Assembly (NCBI GenBank): GCA_951406725.2
Contig: OX597823.1
Span: forward strand, 69,874,001-69,938,000
DNA: 64,000 nucleotides
From: Octopus vulgaris
Taxonomy: Eukaryota
Direction of reading: 5' to 3'
This document shows, piece by piece, positions 12,622 through 25,908 of the stretch (position 1 is its first letter; each line of letters opens with the position of its first letter). The notes under the pieces were generated by a model. The model was not told where the DNA came from and did not search any database. It saw nothing but the letters and a program-made list of their open reading frames with translations. The translations under genes and the position numbers were made by a program.

Positions 12622-13239
12622 TATTTCTTTATTGCCCACAAGAGGCTAATCATAGAGGGGACAAACAAGGACAGACACACGGATTAAGTCGATTATATCG
12701 ACCCCAGTGCGTAACTGGTACTTATTTAATCGACCCCGAAAGGATGAAAGGTTAAGTAGACCTCGGCGGAATTTGAACTCAGAACGTAGCAGCAGACGAA
12801 ATACCTATTTCTTTACTGCCCACAAGAGGCTAAACAAAGAGAGAACAAACAAGGACAGACAAAGGGATTAAGTCGATGACATCGACCCCTGTGCGTAACT
12901 GGTACTTATTTAATCGACCCCGAAAGGATGAAAGGCAAAGTCGACCTCGGTGGAATTTGAACACAGAACGTAGCGGCAGGCTAAATACCTCAAACAATTT
13001 CGCCCAGCTTGCTAGCGATTCTTATTTCTTTACTGCCCACAAGGGGCTACGCACAGAGGGGATAAACAAGGACAGAAAAACGGATTAAGTCGACTATGTC
13101 GACCCCATTTAATTGACCCCGAAAGGATAAAAGGCTAAGTAGACCTCGGTGGAATTTGAAATCAGAACGTAGCGGCAGACAAAATACCGCTAAGTATTTC
13201 GCCTAGCGTGCTAACGATTCTGCCAGCTCGCCACCTTAG
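12622..13239 (-). mobile_element. SINE family A trimer inserted into an older family C SINE (12530-13352, plus strand)
   Basis: Three cctttcatcctttcggggtcga-type cores; 17 bp TSD ctatggtacgcgtttct at 12605-12621 and 13240-13256; flanks match the tail of the 9504-9883 SINE. Confidence 0.9.
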
Positions 13240-13689
13240 CTATGGTACGCGTTTCTGTGGAGTGCTCAACTACATGCACGTTAATTTCACGAGTAGGTTG
13301 TTCCGTTGATCAGATCAACTGGAAACCTCGTCGTCGCAAACGACGGAGTGCCAATTTTATTTTATTTTTTCCCCTAACACTGTCTTTTGAAACAAAGTTT
13401 AGTAATACTTATTTTCTATAAATAATACAGGAGAGTTCAGTTACTAAAGTTTTATCCTCTTAATTGTTGAATACAAACCACAGTTTTAGCTTAATAATCC
13501 ATATCACTAAACAAATGAAATTTTCTTATTTATGTTTATTTTCCAAGATATAGAAAAATATAGATTAGTCTCTATTTCTTTGTCTCGTTCATTCAGTTTC
13601 TTTGTTATTCTCTCTCTCTGTCCCTTTATGTTTAATTTAATAAGTTTACCTACATAGATTATAAGAATATCAGTGTCTATCTATTCCTT

Positions 13690-13739
13690 CATGAGTCTCT
13701 TTCTTTGTTTTCCTCTCTCCTCTCTCTCATTTTCTCTCC

Positions 13740-13783
<44 letters not shown>

Positions 13784-13965
13784 ACCATCCGCGCTTTCTC
13801 CCTCTCTCTCTCTCTCTCTCTCTCACTATCTTTCTCTCACTCTTTTTTCTGATCTTTCTCTTCCTCTAACTGTTTTCCTCTCTCTCTTTTTTCTCCTTCT
13901 CTCTCCCTCCCTCTCTCTCTTTCCCCTTCTTTCTCTCACTCAATAGTTCTCTACCTTCCGCTCTC
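13690..13965. repeat. (CT)n-rich polypyrimidine tract
   Basis: Direct reading. Confidence 0.9.
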
Positions 13966-14130
13966 TCCCCCTTCAAAAGCACTAGCTCTGTCTTCCTCCT
14001 AATCTTTCTCACTCTCCATCCTTTTGTTCCCCTCGCGAAAAGACAGAATCTCCGCAAAGATAAACATATCCAGATTCAAAACAACGCATTAAAAAACATA
14101 AGCAAAATGTATTGGAATTAACTAAATATT

Positions 14131-14568
14131 CTTTTCTACTAAAAGCACAAGGCTTAAAAGTTTTTGGTGAGGTAGGGATTAGTCGATTACATTGACCCCA
14201 GTGCTTGACTGCTACTTATTTTACCGGCTCCGAAAGGGATAAAAGATAAAGTCGACATCGGCGGAATTTGAACTCGTGGCGTGAAGACGGACGAAATTAC
14301 GCTGAGCATTTGCCCGGGGGTGCTAACGATTCATATTTCTTTATTGCCCACAAGGGGCTAAACATAGAGAGGACAAACAAGAACAGACAAACGGATTAAG
14401 TCGATTACATTGACTCCAGTACGTAACTGGTACTTAATTTATTGACCCCGAAAGGATGAAAGGCAAAGTCGACGTCGATGGAATCTGAACTCAGAACGTA
14501 ACGGCAGACGAAACACCGCTAAGTATTTCGCCCGGCGAGCTAACGATTCTGCAAACTCGCTGCCTCGA
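14131..14568 (-). mobile_element. SINE family A dimer (tRNA head, Meta-like core, two different tails)
   Basis: Two cores; TSD aattaactaaatatt at 14116-14130 and 14569-14583. Confidence 0.9.
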
Positions 14569-15204
14569 AATTAACTAAATATTATCAGCAAAGCTACAGA
14601 GTATCTAAAAACATGACGATGTAATGTTTATGCATATTCATAAACAACGATTTATAGTTATTTACTTCATTAATGTTCGGTCGACAGACTTCAACCAATA
14701 TACAAGCTATTTGCATCTAGAAACGTATTGGTTTATATGTTTGCAAGCAACCTTAAGACGTTATCATTAGCATCCATTAACTTTGAAGGGTTAAGTGAGC
14801 AAATGTTAATGAATTTTTTATATACAAGAATGAAACCGTTTTGTTCAATTGTTGTCCCTAACTACTAAAACGGTCTTTGTAGGGCTTAACTTCACATCGT
14901 GACTAAATACGTTTTGTTACAATTGTCTGTGATCAGGTGGCTATTGATAAAGATATACTGTCTAGATCTACGAATATAATCTTTTCAGAAGACTTTTGTT
15001 TAGATTTATGTTATTCGCATAAGATGATTTCTTCAACTAACGAAAGATGTATTTGTTGCAAATAAGCGAATGAATGTTTATACCTAAGGATATATTCTTA
15101 CGTTAATGATAGATTTTGAAAAGATGAAGCTGAACAATGGAAATTGTAATAATGGTAATATTGTTTGCAATAATTTGGTGATGCTGGTGTTAATTATAAT
15201 GGTT

Positions 15205-15580
15205 TCTGATTTAGGCGATTTTGGCACAAGGCCAGCACTTTTGAGGGGGAAGGTATTAATCAATACTATTGACACCAGTACTTAACTGGTATTTTCTTTC
15301 ATTCACCCCGAAAGGATGAAAAGTAAAGTTAACCTCGGTGGAATTTGAACTCCGAACGTAACAAGACGGAAGAAATGTCGCTAAGAATTTTGACTGACGC
15401 GCGAACGATTCTACCAGCTTACTGATGATAATGATGGTGGTGGTGGTGGTTTCAAATTTTGGTACAAGGTTAATAATTTTGGGAGGTGCAGTAATCGATT
15501 GCATCGACCCCGAAAGAATGAAAGACAAAGTTGACCTCAGCGAAATTTGAACTCAGAACGCAAAGACGGATGAAATGTCC
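15205..15580 (-). mobile_element. Older SINE family A copies
   Basis: Diverged ccccgaaaggatgaaaagtaaagttaacctcggtggaatttgaactc-type cores, twice. Confidence 0.75.
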
Positions 15581-15609
15581 ACATATGTCATATGACATAT
15601 GACATATGT

Positions 15610-16130
15610 TCATATTGGCACGTTTGGGAAATATAGTTTGTATGAAATCAGCTGGAAACGTCCGATCAGGTTTGCAAAGCTTTTGTAGACCACCCTCCTA
15701 TCAGCTAGCCCCATACAGTCCAAACACTCATTCAACGTAAATTTCACTAACTCCCACGAGCAAGTTATTCCAAGGAAAACCTTAGACTCCCGAAGAAATT
15801 TAGTTTCCCAACCCCTGTCAGGATGTAGACAGCTACTAGTTTGAACCCACTCCTGCGCTCAGGTCCAGAACCACCGGCTTACCTTCCAAGTAAGGTTGAA
15901 TTCAGACCTCTCCGAAACAAAACAGCGGCTCCACTACCCAAACCCGGTCGTCTTGAAGAGGCATACACCCCGTTTCTATAGAAAATGGGAATGAAGACTC
16001 ATCGTCCGGAGTTCCTGATCTCTCGTTGGTGGCCACCACACCTATATCGATCTGAGGTTACTGAGAAGGTAGCCATGTTCCTATGGTAACCCCTGACAAG
16101 GGCATTTATACTATTCTAAGGCCATTTGAC
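15610..16130 (-). mobile_element. Degenerate APE-endonuclease fragment of a Tx1/L1-like LINE
   Basis: Minus strand gives FKLVAVY and IGVVAT-like pieces in a GC-richer island; heavily decayed. Confidence 0.4.
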
Positions 16131-16570
16131 GGAATGAGGAAGGTTTAGAAAAGCCACTTTATTCTTAAGGAAAGACAGGTATTTCATTCCTCTCGCCGGT
16201 TGTCGGTGTCTTGGCGTTGATTCTGGTATTGCAGCAAGCCCTACGAAAGTGTCTCTTAGTTTCGGTTTATATTAACAGATGTAAATGATATTTTAATGGA
16301 AACGTAGTAACATATGAAACGGTCATCTCCCTTTCAATTATATAATTGTTCTTACTGACATAAGCCCTCCTGACATTATTAATTTTATTCATCTTAGATC
16401 ATTGTCTCGTAATTAACTGCTGTACTGTATTCTTTACACGCCTAAGTCTTTATTCTAGTCTCGTTAGTGATTATTCACCTGTCAAAATGCTTCATTTACA
16501 GTCGTGTTGCTTATTAAAATGACGTGGACATTGATTATTTCTCCTGGTGTTGCGTTGTTTACACACACAG

Positions 16571-16603
<33 letters not shown>

Positions 16604-16718
16604 TACACACACACACATATATATATACATATGTACATATACATATATACATATATATATATACATACATATATATACATATATATGTACATATATGTAT
16701 GTGTGTATTTATCTATAT

Positions 16719-16764
<46 letters not shown>

Positions 16765-17261
16765 ATGTATATAATACACAGTGGCTGTCAACTCCTAGAC
16801 GAATAGGACCATCACTGACAAATCATTTTATCTTAGATGTTAAAAACAACGCTGTTATCAATATCTGTGATGTATATTATATGAATTAATATCAAAAACA
16901 GGTCGCACAACGCCGCTAAATCTCTCATCTACAAAGCTAAGCAATCAATAAACAACAAAAGGCAAAATCTCCGGCTTCGGAATTTCCATGTCCTAGCTCC
17001 TAGAGAGATGTCTAAACAAAGACTAGGGATCTCTCGCTCTCAGCTGTTGGATGACTATTGACTCTAATGAATGCATTTGTCCGTTGACAGTTTTTGTTTT
17101 CCATCCTACAGGATGTCCAATAAAAACCATATATCTTGCCAAGCAAGTTTGATAGGGTCGCCAGTTTAATAGCCGACAGACTGACCATGCAACAGAGTGT
17201 ATTGAGGTGCATGTTACAAGTAGCATTAAGAATGACCTGACATAAATACATACACATATCC

Positions 17262-17546
17262 GCATTACAAGTTCAGGTTTATACCTGTAATTATTGGAGC
17301 ACTGGAATATGTAAATACACTGTCTAAGTTTCAATCTTCAAGAATTCGGCTTCTCAAAACCAGAAAAAAGAAAGCTGATTCGAAGACTAAAATCCAAGCC
17401 ATCAATAGAACTGTAAAAGTCTGTAAAACTTTCCAGAAGTTTATCATTTAAGTATATATTAGCATGTACAGACATGAAATTATATGCAAGAAAATGCATA
17501 CATAACACAAAACATACAAATCTGTACGTGTACATTCATACATACA

Positions 17547-17580
<34 letters not shown>

Positions 17581-17700
17581 CATACCCTGTTGATGTTCAA
17601 ATTCCAATGAAGGAGCCTTGTATCAAGGTTATAAACCGGTTCTTTCTCTATTGGAAAGAAATCTTGAAATAAAACTGAATAATGACACATACATATATAC
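17262..17700 (+). mobile_element. R4/Dong-like LINE 3' end with (CATA)n and downstream ~110 bp segment
   Basis: tacaagttcaggtttatacctgtaattattgg matches the segment starting near 5249; followed by (CATA)n and the segment homologous to 585-695. Confidence 0.85.
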
Positions 17701-18359
17701 AGTCGTACATAATGAATAGCCTAAGAAAAATTTAATCACATCGGTTCAGTTCAGTGTTAGTTTCAAAATGGTTTCAAAATGTAGGAATTCCAAGAAAAAA
17801 AAATTGGACTCACCATATCAGGGAAAAAGAGGAATAACTCATTTGTAATAATCGAAGTTAGCAAAGATATAGTTAGTTGACATGCGCCTTTGCTTAGTAT
17901 AACATTTATATTTTCTCCGATAAACTCTATATAGCTTTTGTGTTGCAGAATATATTTTAGTCCCAATTATTTAAGATATTACTTATGTCAAAGAGTTGAT
18001 CTCCGTTGGTTTCAGCGATAATTTATTTAGTTGTTCTATCATCCACACCACATGCACATTCAATTAGCATGAAAATCCAAAGACACGCGTCGACTAATAT
18101 AAGACTGAAGCGGAATCAGCGTCCGTCAGTCGGACACAGGATATGACATGACTGGAAATTTAAATTACAGGTGCTATCCATTCGATAGGCTTCCAATTAG
18201 TTTCTATCTGTTTTCAATCAGGAGAATTGGATGGACCCGACGCTATAGTTAAAAACCACATTCAAACACCACATTTTTGGTACCGAATCCATAACCTTGT
18301 GATTGTGTGACGAGCACTTTAAACATCTGACTACACTGCGTCGACAATGTTTAATAATT

Positions 18360-18905
18360 AGAGAGCGGTAAACTGGCAGAATCATTAGCACGCTGGACGA
18401 AATACTTAGCGGCATTTCGTCTACCGCGACGTTCTGAGTTCAAATTCTGCATAGGTCGACTTTGCTTTTCATCCTTTCGGCGTCGATTAAATAAGTACCA
18501 ATTACGCACTGGAGTCGATGTCATCGACTTAATCTCTTTGTCTGTCTTTGTTTGTCCTTTCTATGTTTAGCCCTCTGTGGGCAATAAACAAATAAATGGG
18601 TTTTTTATAGTTAGAAAAGAAATACCGTAGTCTAGAATGCAAACTAATATCTTTTTTAATATTTTGCCCCTTAGATTAGGCGGCAGAAACGTCAGTCAGC
18701 GCACTAAGTAAGACAGTGAGCTGGTAGGATTGGTAGCACGCCAGACAAAATGCTCAGAGACATTTCGTCTTTACCTTCTGGATTCAAATTCTGCCGAGGT
18801 CGACTTTTCCTTTAATCCTCATCGCGGTCGATAAAATAAGTACCAGTTGAACACGATGTAATCGACTCGAAATTGTTGGCATTGTGTCAAAATTTGAAAC
18901 TAATA
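18360..18905 (+). mobile_element. Two SINE family A copies (18360-18597; 18715-18905)
   Basis: Head ctggcagaatcattagcacg, B box gagttcaaattc, core, and different tails in the two copies. Confidence 0.85.
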
Positions 18906-19119
18906 TTTTTCCCCTTTGATGCAGGGTCCAATATTGACTCTAAAAATAGTATATATTCATAAAAGACTCATATAATATGTACGTTGTTTAAAATAAGCAT
19001 ACATTTATTTGAAACAATCCAATGAAAGGAGTATTTGCATAGCTAATCAACTTGCTTTATGAGGTAGGTAAATCTCTTGTAATAAACCTGCGACCTTTAA
19101 AATAGGATGATAATATAAG

Positions 19120-19342
19120 TACTCTTTACTCTTTTTACTCTTTTACTTGTTTCAGTCATTTGACAGCAGCCATGCTGGAGCACTGCCTTTAGTCGAGCAA
19201 ATCGAAACCAGGACCTATCCTTTGTAAGCCTAGTACTTATTCTATCGGTCCCTTTTGCCGAACCCCTAAGTTATAGGGATGTAAACATACCAGCATCGGT
19301 TGTCAAGCTTTTGGGGGGGGACAAACACAGACACACAAACAT

Positions 19343-19409
<67 letters not shown>

Positions 19410-19600
19410 CATACATACATACATATATACATATATACGACGGGCTTCTTTCCGTTTCTGTCTACCAAATCCTCTCACAAGGCTTTGGTCGGCCTGAGGC
19501 TATAGTAGAATACACTTGGCCAAGGTGCCATGCAGTGGGACTGAACCCGAAACCATGTGGTTGCTAAGCAAGCTATTTACCACATAGCCACTCCTACACC
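19120..19600 (-). mobile_element. SINE family B
   Basis: Homologous to 6178-6590; tail ends in (gagtaaaa)n. Confidence 0.9.
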
Positions 19601-20056
19601 TTAGAGATTCTACTCATGCGTTAGAGTTTCTACATGATCACTCGATCTGTTAGCAACAGTAGTAAAATATCCTTCAAATTACATGCTGTCATTTTAAACA
19701 AGTAAAAGGGACATTGGATTACGTAGTCCTAGAGACATTCTCTGAAAGCACTGGATGGTCGCATTAGGAATGCGTTTGAGTATAGGCCTGCTTGATCAAA
19801 GATGATCTGAAACTCCATAGTAACAATAACGATAACTTCTAGAAGGATAATTAGATGCTGAAGATTGGCTACAAAATCAATACATCATGCAACTTATGCG
19901 TGCATTTAAAGCGACTTTGAAATGTGTCATAAATATTTCATGTGCCAAGCCAGCGGGGTGAATAGAATAGTTAGAGGATCGGGAAAGATGATTTGCGGTA
20001 TCAGTTCTGGCTATTTGCATGGTGACAGCAATACTGCAATAACACTAGTGCCAAAC

Positions 20057-21028
20057 TACGAGGTTCAGCTGAAAGGTTCATAGACTCACCAGAATACTTT
20101 CATAGAATGTGACAAAAATGAGGTTTATTTTTCAATATAGATCCCCTTCCAGTTCACACATTCCTTCCATCGATGTTGCAGAGACTAGATCCCATTGGTG
20201 AAGGAGCTTTCATCATATTAGTAAAAAAATGTTATCAACAGTAGATGACGTCATCATCACTGCGACATTGATTCCCAGTCAAGTGTTTTTTTCCTGTTGT
20301 GGAACTGATAATAGTCAAGCAGGGCCAAATCAGAAGAATGTGGAGGCTGATCAACCAGTTCAAAGCCGCGATCACACACAGTAGCCTTTGAAAGCAAGGT
20401 CTCGAGTGCTGGAGTCACTATACTGATGAAATAAGAACCCTTTCGTCAATTTTCCTGAGTGTTTGATCTTGATAGCTCTTCGTAACTGCCTCAACAAGTT
20501 GGCATAGTACTTTCCATTGATGGCGTGGCCCTTTTGAAGATAGTCAATAATCGCGATGCCTTTTGTATGCCAAAAAACTAAGGACATCTTCCCTGCAGAT
20601 GAAACGACCCTGGCTTTTTTTGGAGCAGGTGAGGAGGAGTGTTTCCACTGCATGGATAGTCCCTTTGTCTCTGGATCGTAGTGATGAACCCAACACTTAT
20701 CCTGGGTTTGGAAACGTTCAAGGAAATCGGCTGGATCTGCCTCAAACAACGCTAGATATCCACTTAATGTGATCAATCTGGTGCGCTTTTACTCAGTTGT
20801 CCGAAGACGTGGCACCCAATGACCAGAAGCCTTCGTCATGCCAAGCCAGTTGCCTTTCTCTTACAACAGTATCGTAGAGATAAGAGATATGCAGCTATGG
20901 GCAACTGCCAGTCTTCCTTTGAAATCGTGCCCAGCCTGCATGTGCATACATGAGTAGGCACATGGTCAACTTTGACCGATATTGGTTGTATCTAGATACT
21001 CGTAAGTGAACTTTTAGTTACCTTCATG
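20057..21028 (-). mobile_element. Mariner transposon remnant (probably irritans-like), internally deleted
   Basis: WVPR motif near 20810; ORF 20372-20776 QDKCWVHHYDPETK...QWKH..SPAPKKA...SAGK...YYANLLRQLRRAIK; TIR-like tacgaggttcagctgaaaggttca at 20057 and a decayed inverse near 21006-21028. Confidence 0.9.
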
Positions 21029-22672
21029 ACACTCAGCCTATAGTAGAACACATTCCGTTTCTTTACATGTTTGTAGAATATGATAAGGTAAATGGTTAAG
21101 ATGTTCAGCTAGAAACATTAAATATTAGATTAGATTAAATCAAATTAGATATTTTATAAGAACGAATATAAGGTAGAAAAATATGTACCATACTATAGAG
21201 TTTAATTTGATTTAAAATCTCATGTTTTCTTGTTGCTACATACAGATAGACACATCATGAGATTGAAAATCAATTTTCAAACAGTTTTATTGCCAGATTT
21301 TCAAGAATCTTTCATCACTTCCCTATTACACTGTGTTTCCATCAAGATGTTCCGTTACGAGGTGACTTAATATGCTAGAAAAAGCAGTCAGATATTCCTC
21401 AAATCTCACGCTAACATTCTAAAATAAGTGGGGACACATTGGGTAGTGAGGTTATAGGGCCTTAGTTCGATTGAGAGTAAACATGATAAATTTTGTCCTA
21501 TTCTAATCATATTGTGATTACTTATGACTAGAAGAAAATGAAGCTTGGATAGCCACCCTGCAACATCTTTGACCATAAGTCTGCACAAAGCTGATCTGGA
21601 GATAAATAATCACAATAGTACTTCATGTCAGAACTCAACGAGTGAGCTTTTGATCAATCGATGATCGTTATTTTCTGATGATTCATTAATGTGAAAGAGA
21701 AAATGTTATCACGCTATTTAAACAGAAATACTTTCCATTTTGTGGTTAAGAGAGTCAAAGCAGAATTAAACACAGATGAAAGCACAGCATAATGTTTGGA
21801 ACATCAAATCTACACAACTTACTGTCATCTGCTTTTTCTAAATTATCAACATTATTTATACATATTATCCAATTAATTAATTGTCTATGTAAAGCTGGTA
21901 AACCATAACTGAGGAAACTGTATAACAACTTTTTATACATAATTTTAAACTAAAACAAAAGCAAGACACAAACGAAAGAAGAAAACGAAGACGAAAAGAA
22001 GTACAGATACAAAAGTGTGAAATGTTTTTGCGCTCCTCGCCCTCGCCCATGATTAAGAAAATCTTATTTATGGTTGATACATCATTGAAAATAAATTGTA
22101 CTTCCAACCTTTAGTAAAGTTTTTAATACCATTTAAAAACTTGCCTCTCTCTCAGACTGTTAATTTTTTGCATTCGAACAAAAAGATGTTATGTTTCTGA
22201 AAATATCTCCATAAAAGTATAAAAATGGTTTCATACGACTTGTTCGTAGAATCAATGCAGAGCAGAGATATGAAATCACAGCATGATGTCTAGAACATTA
22301 TAGTAAGATAAATACGCAACATTCTACTTTTTATTTTAAAAGCCTTCCTTTATATTTTGATATGTTGTAGTTAGAGAATTCGACTGATCTCCATCAATAA
22401 CTACTTATATAAGACACTATACACGATTTCTTTTCCAATAGTACAAGGAATGACCAAATGAAGAAATATGAGCACGCAGGAACTCAGCTGCGCAAAAAAT
22501 AACAAATAAAGTCAGTGTTCATAAAATTCTAATTAACTTAATTTTATTCAAAAATATAAAACAGTTGTCTCATTGACACACTAAATTCTAGTTTTCATTC
22601 AGATTCCAAAGATTGTCTCCCTGGCATTTTTCCACCATTTTCACTCATTATTTTTTTTCACCTTTAAACGGT

Positions 22673-22997
22673 GGGTGAAGGTGCATGGCTCTGTGGCTAG
22701 AGCGTCGGGCTCACCGTCATGAGATAGTAAGTTCGATTCCCGGATCAGACAGTGTGTGTTCTGTCCTTGAGCAACACACTTTATTTCACATTGCTGCAGA
22801 AAATGAGTCGCAACCTCACTGGTTCCAAGCTGTATCAGCCTTTGCCTTTCCCTTGAACGGCGGCGTTGAGAGGGGAGGCTGGTATGCATGAGCGGCTGCT
22901 GGTCTTCCTTTAACAACCTTGCCTGCACTTGTGCTTTGGAGGGTAGCTTTCTAGGTGCAATCCCATGGTCATTCATGACTGAGGAGTGTCTTTACCC
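22673..22997 (+). mobile_element. tRNA-derived SINE family D (RTE-like tail)
   Basis: Head tggctctgtggctagagcg...gttcgattccc; homologous to 36455-36765 and 55098-55428. Confidence 0.85.
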
Positions 22998-24471
22998 TAA
23001 GAAATAATACATGATTCTAGTTTTCATTTAGTTTCATTTTCTACCATTTTCATTCATTATTGTTTTTAGCTATTAAAAAGCAGGAAAGGATTAGCACCAA
23101 TATGTGTGAAATATTGATATCTCTTAGGGGTAATTTCTATACTTAATTGCACTTTGAGTACGACATCTATAACTATTGTTAGACTCTCGCTCAATAAAAT
23201 TTACAATTTCGTAATGGAAAAGTGCCGTAACATATTCACTTTCCTTTCCTTATGGCCGTAGCCATAAAAAAAAAATTTTGAAGATGATGTCTGTCGTTTG
23301 GGGATTAATCTGGGAACAGGCCACCAATTTTAAGGGGAAAGAGTCGATTATATCGCCACCAGTACTTTATTTTTTCGGCATCGGTAGAAATTGAACTCAG
23401 AACGCAAAAGACCGAAAGAAATACACTAGACCATTTTGTCTAACGCTCTAATGATTCTGCCAACCCCATTAAGATAATGAATGGATCTACTAGTTATGTA
23501 CGTATTTAAAATTAATTAGAATTAATTAAAATTTTCCGGTCCATTAAATTATGTTAGCACCCTCCTATTTAACCGATAAGTTACAGCTACAAAGCTGTCT
23601 TCTACAAAATAAATCATAAAACATTTCTTTCTATTGATGGTGGAATCCTTCGTGATTTTAATGGCTCAGACTTGTCACGATAATATATTATTCTGATTGC
23701 GTGCCTAACCCATTTCTTGTCCCATTTGTTAGGTATATATGTTTGATTAGCTTTTTTCTTCTTTTTTTTTATATTTATGCCACTATGTCGTTCATAGCAT
23801 TATTGTGTACACTTTTCTTTCTCAATTTAGATATCAATAGATAATAGAGTAAAGCAGTAAAACATTATAACAGTAAAATGTAGCCTGGGGAGAGAAGAAC
23901 ATTTTATTTCACTCAATACATTCTAGCTAAATCTATAGAGTGCTTGTACATTGTCAGAAGTGAAATGGAACTGTATCCACTATTGACGCTATGTTGTGTG
24001 CCTGACAAGGACATTTTAACTCTCAACGGTCCGTTCCACCTAGCTTATAAATAGCTAATATAGACGAGGAACATTTCACCTCGATAAGCAAAATGATACG
24101 CTAGAAGAGAGGAGCAATCCGTTAATTTGCAGAAAAGCTCAAAATAAAGCAGTGTTGGCTACCTTTCAGAGTTCCGAGCGTTTTCAATAGCTACGTCTGG
24201 CTACGTACCACAGAACAGTGTAAAATTTATTACTATATGCAACAATACGACTTTAGAATCAGTGAGCATTTCATTTCAATTCCCTCTGCTGTAATATCTG
24301 CCAATAGTTGGCTATTGTCGATGGGAAATTTCTCTCTAATCCGCTTGATATAAGAATCTCTCTGTATACTTGTGATTTAGAAATGATTATTATAATTTGC
24401 AGCTCAATTTAAATCTTCGCACTGGCTGTTAGAAAAAATATATCCATACATACACACATACACACACGCAC

Positions 24472-24533
<62 letters not shown>

Positions 24534-24539
<6 letters not shown>

Positions 24540-24700
24540 TTCGAGACAAAACCACTATTTTGCAAAACAAACAAGGAAAGACTTAATCAATACATAAAAA
24601 TTTTAATATAAATTAAATAAACCGCCACTACAATTGTTTCATGTCTTCAAATGACATTCGTCAGGTGGATTTCCGATCTTCTAATCAGTTTTAATTTATA
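24534..24700 (-). mobile_element. Short (TA)n-associated non-coding element carrying a hammerhead (Penelope pLTR- or retrozyme-like)
   Basis: Highly similar to 28938-29080; adjoins a long (TA)n at ~24474-24532. Confidence 0.7.
24625..24668 (-). ncRNA. Minimal type-I hammerhead ribozyme, canonical core
   Basis: RNA CCAC-CUGACGA-AUGUC auuugaa GACAU-GAAA-C AAUU G-UA^GUGG: stem I CCAC/GUGG, 5 bp stem II, minimal stem III with palindromic loop, GUA cleavage triplet. Confidence 0.85.
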
Positions 24701-24701
24701 T

Positions 24702-24916
24702 ACTCTTTTACTCTTTTACGCTTTTGCTTGTTTCAGTCATTTGACTGCGGCCATGCTGGAGCACCGCCTTAGTCGAGCAAATCGACCCCAGGACTTATTC
24801 TTTGTAAGTCTAGTACTTATTCTGTCGGGCGCTTTTTACCGAACCGCTAAGTTACGGGGGCGTAAACACACTAGCATCGGTTGTCAAGCGATGTTGGGGG
24901 GACAAACACAGACACA

Positions 24917-25000
<84 letters not shown>

Positions 25001-25155
25001 GTTTCAATTTCCATCAACCAAATCCACTCACAAGGCTTTGGTCGGCCCGAGGCTATAGTAGAAGACACTTGCCCAAGGTGCCACTCAGTGGGACTGAACC
25101 CGAAACCATGTGGTTGGTAAGCAAGCTACTTACCACACAGCCCCTCTTGCACCTA
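24702..25155 (-). mobile_element. SINE family B
   Basis: Homologous to the other family B copies. Confidence 0.9.
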
Positions 25156-25204
25156 TCCTATATATATATATTATTACACATTTTCCACCACATTGATTCC
25201 ATAT

Positions 25205-25415
25205 TTTGGCTCAAGACCAGCAAGTTCAGGGCAAAGGAATAAGTCGATTTCATCGACCCCAGTCCTCAAGTCATACACTTTTATCGACCCCGAACAGATG
25301 AGAGTTGACCTCGGAGTTGACTTCGGCGAAATTTGAACTCAGAATGGGAAAAATGAACGAAATGCCGCTAAGTATTTTGTCTGGCGTGCTAAGAATTCTC
25401 CCAGCTCACCGCCGT
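25205..25415 (-). mobile_element. Older SINE family A
   Basis: Head (cccagctcaccgcc reverse complement) and core recognisable. Confidence 0.75.
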
Positions 25416-25539
25416 AATCTCATTACTAGCATTACTGCCATCGTTTCATTCTTTTAGAACTATTACAGCAAATATTACTAATGTCTTCTCCACCAAACAC
25501 CAACTCCATTACTATAATTGCTGTTGCTGCTGTTGCTGT

Positions 25540-25908
25540 TGAGCGAACGGTTTTCGTCTCAGAGCTCGCAAGATGGGAGAAGTCCGAAGCGTGGCCCTTT
25601 GCTATTCGTAAGAGCCGCAGAAGAGAAAGCAGGTCAACCCCCGACACCGAGAGCATCGATGGATGGATGAATGTGCATCAAGGCTCAGCGGTTGCGTAGG
25701 AAGTCGGGGGCAAGAAACAGGAAAGAAGAGTGAGAGAAAGTTGGAGCGAAAGAGTACAACAGTGGTCGCCACCACCCCCTGCCGGAGCCTCGTGGAGCTT
25801 TAGATGTTTTCGCTCAATAGACACACACAACGCCCGGTATGGGAATCGAAACCGCGATCCTCCGACCGCGAGTCCGCTGTCCTAACCACTGGGCCATTGC
25901 GCCTCCAC
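25540..25908 (-). mobile_element. SINE family C, tail type 2, in a (TGC/TGT)n context
   Basis: Same ~190 bp head as 9504-9883 but an unrelated 3' half. Confidence 0.85.
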
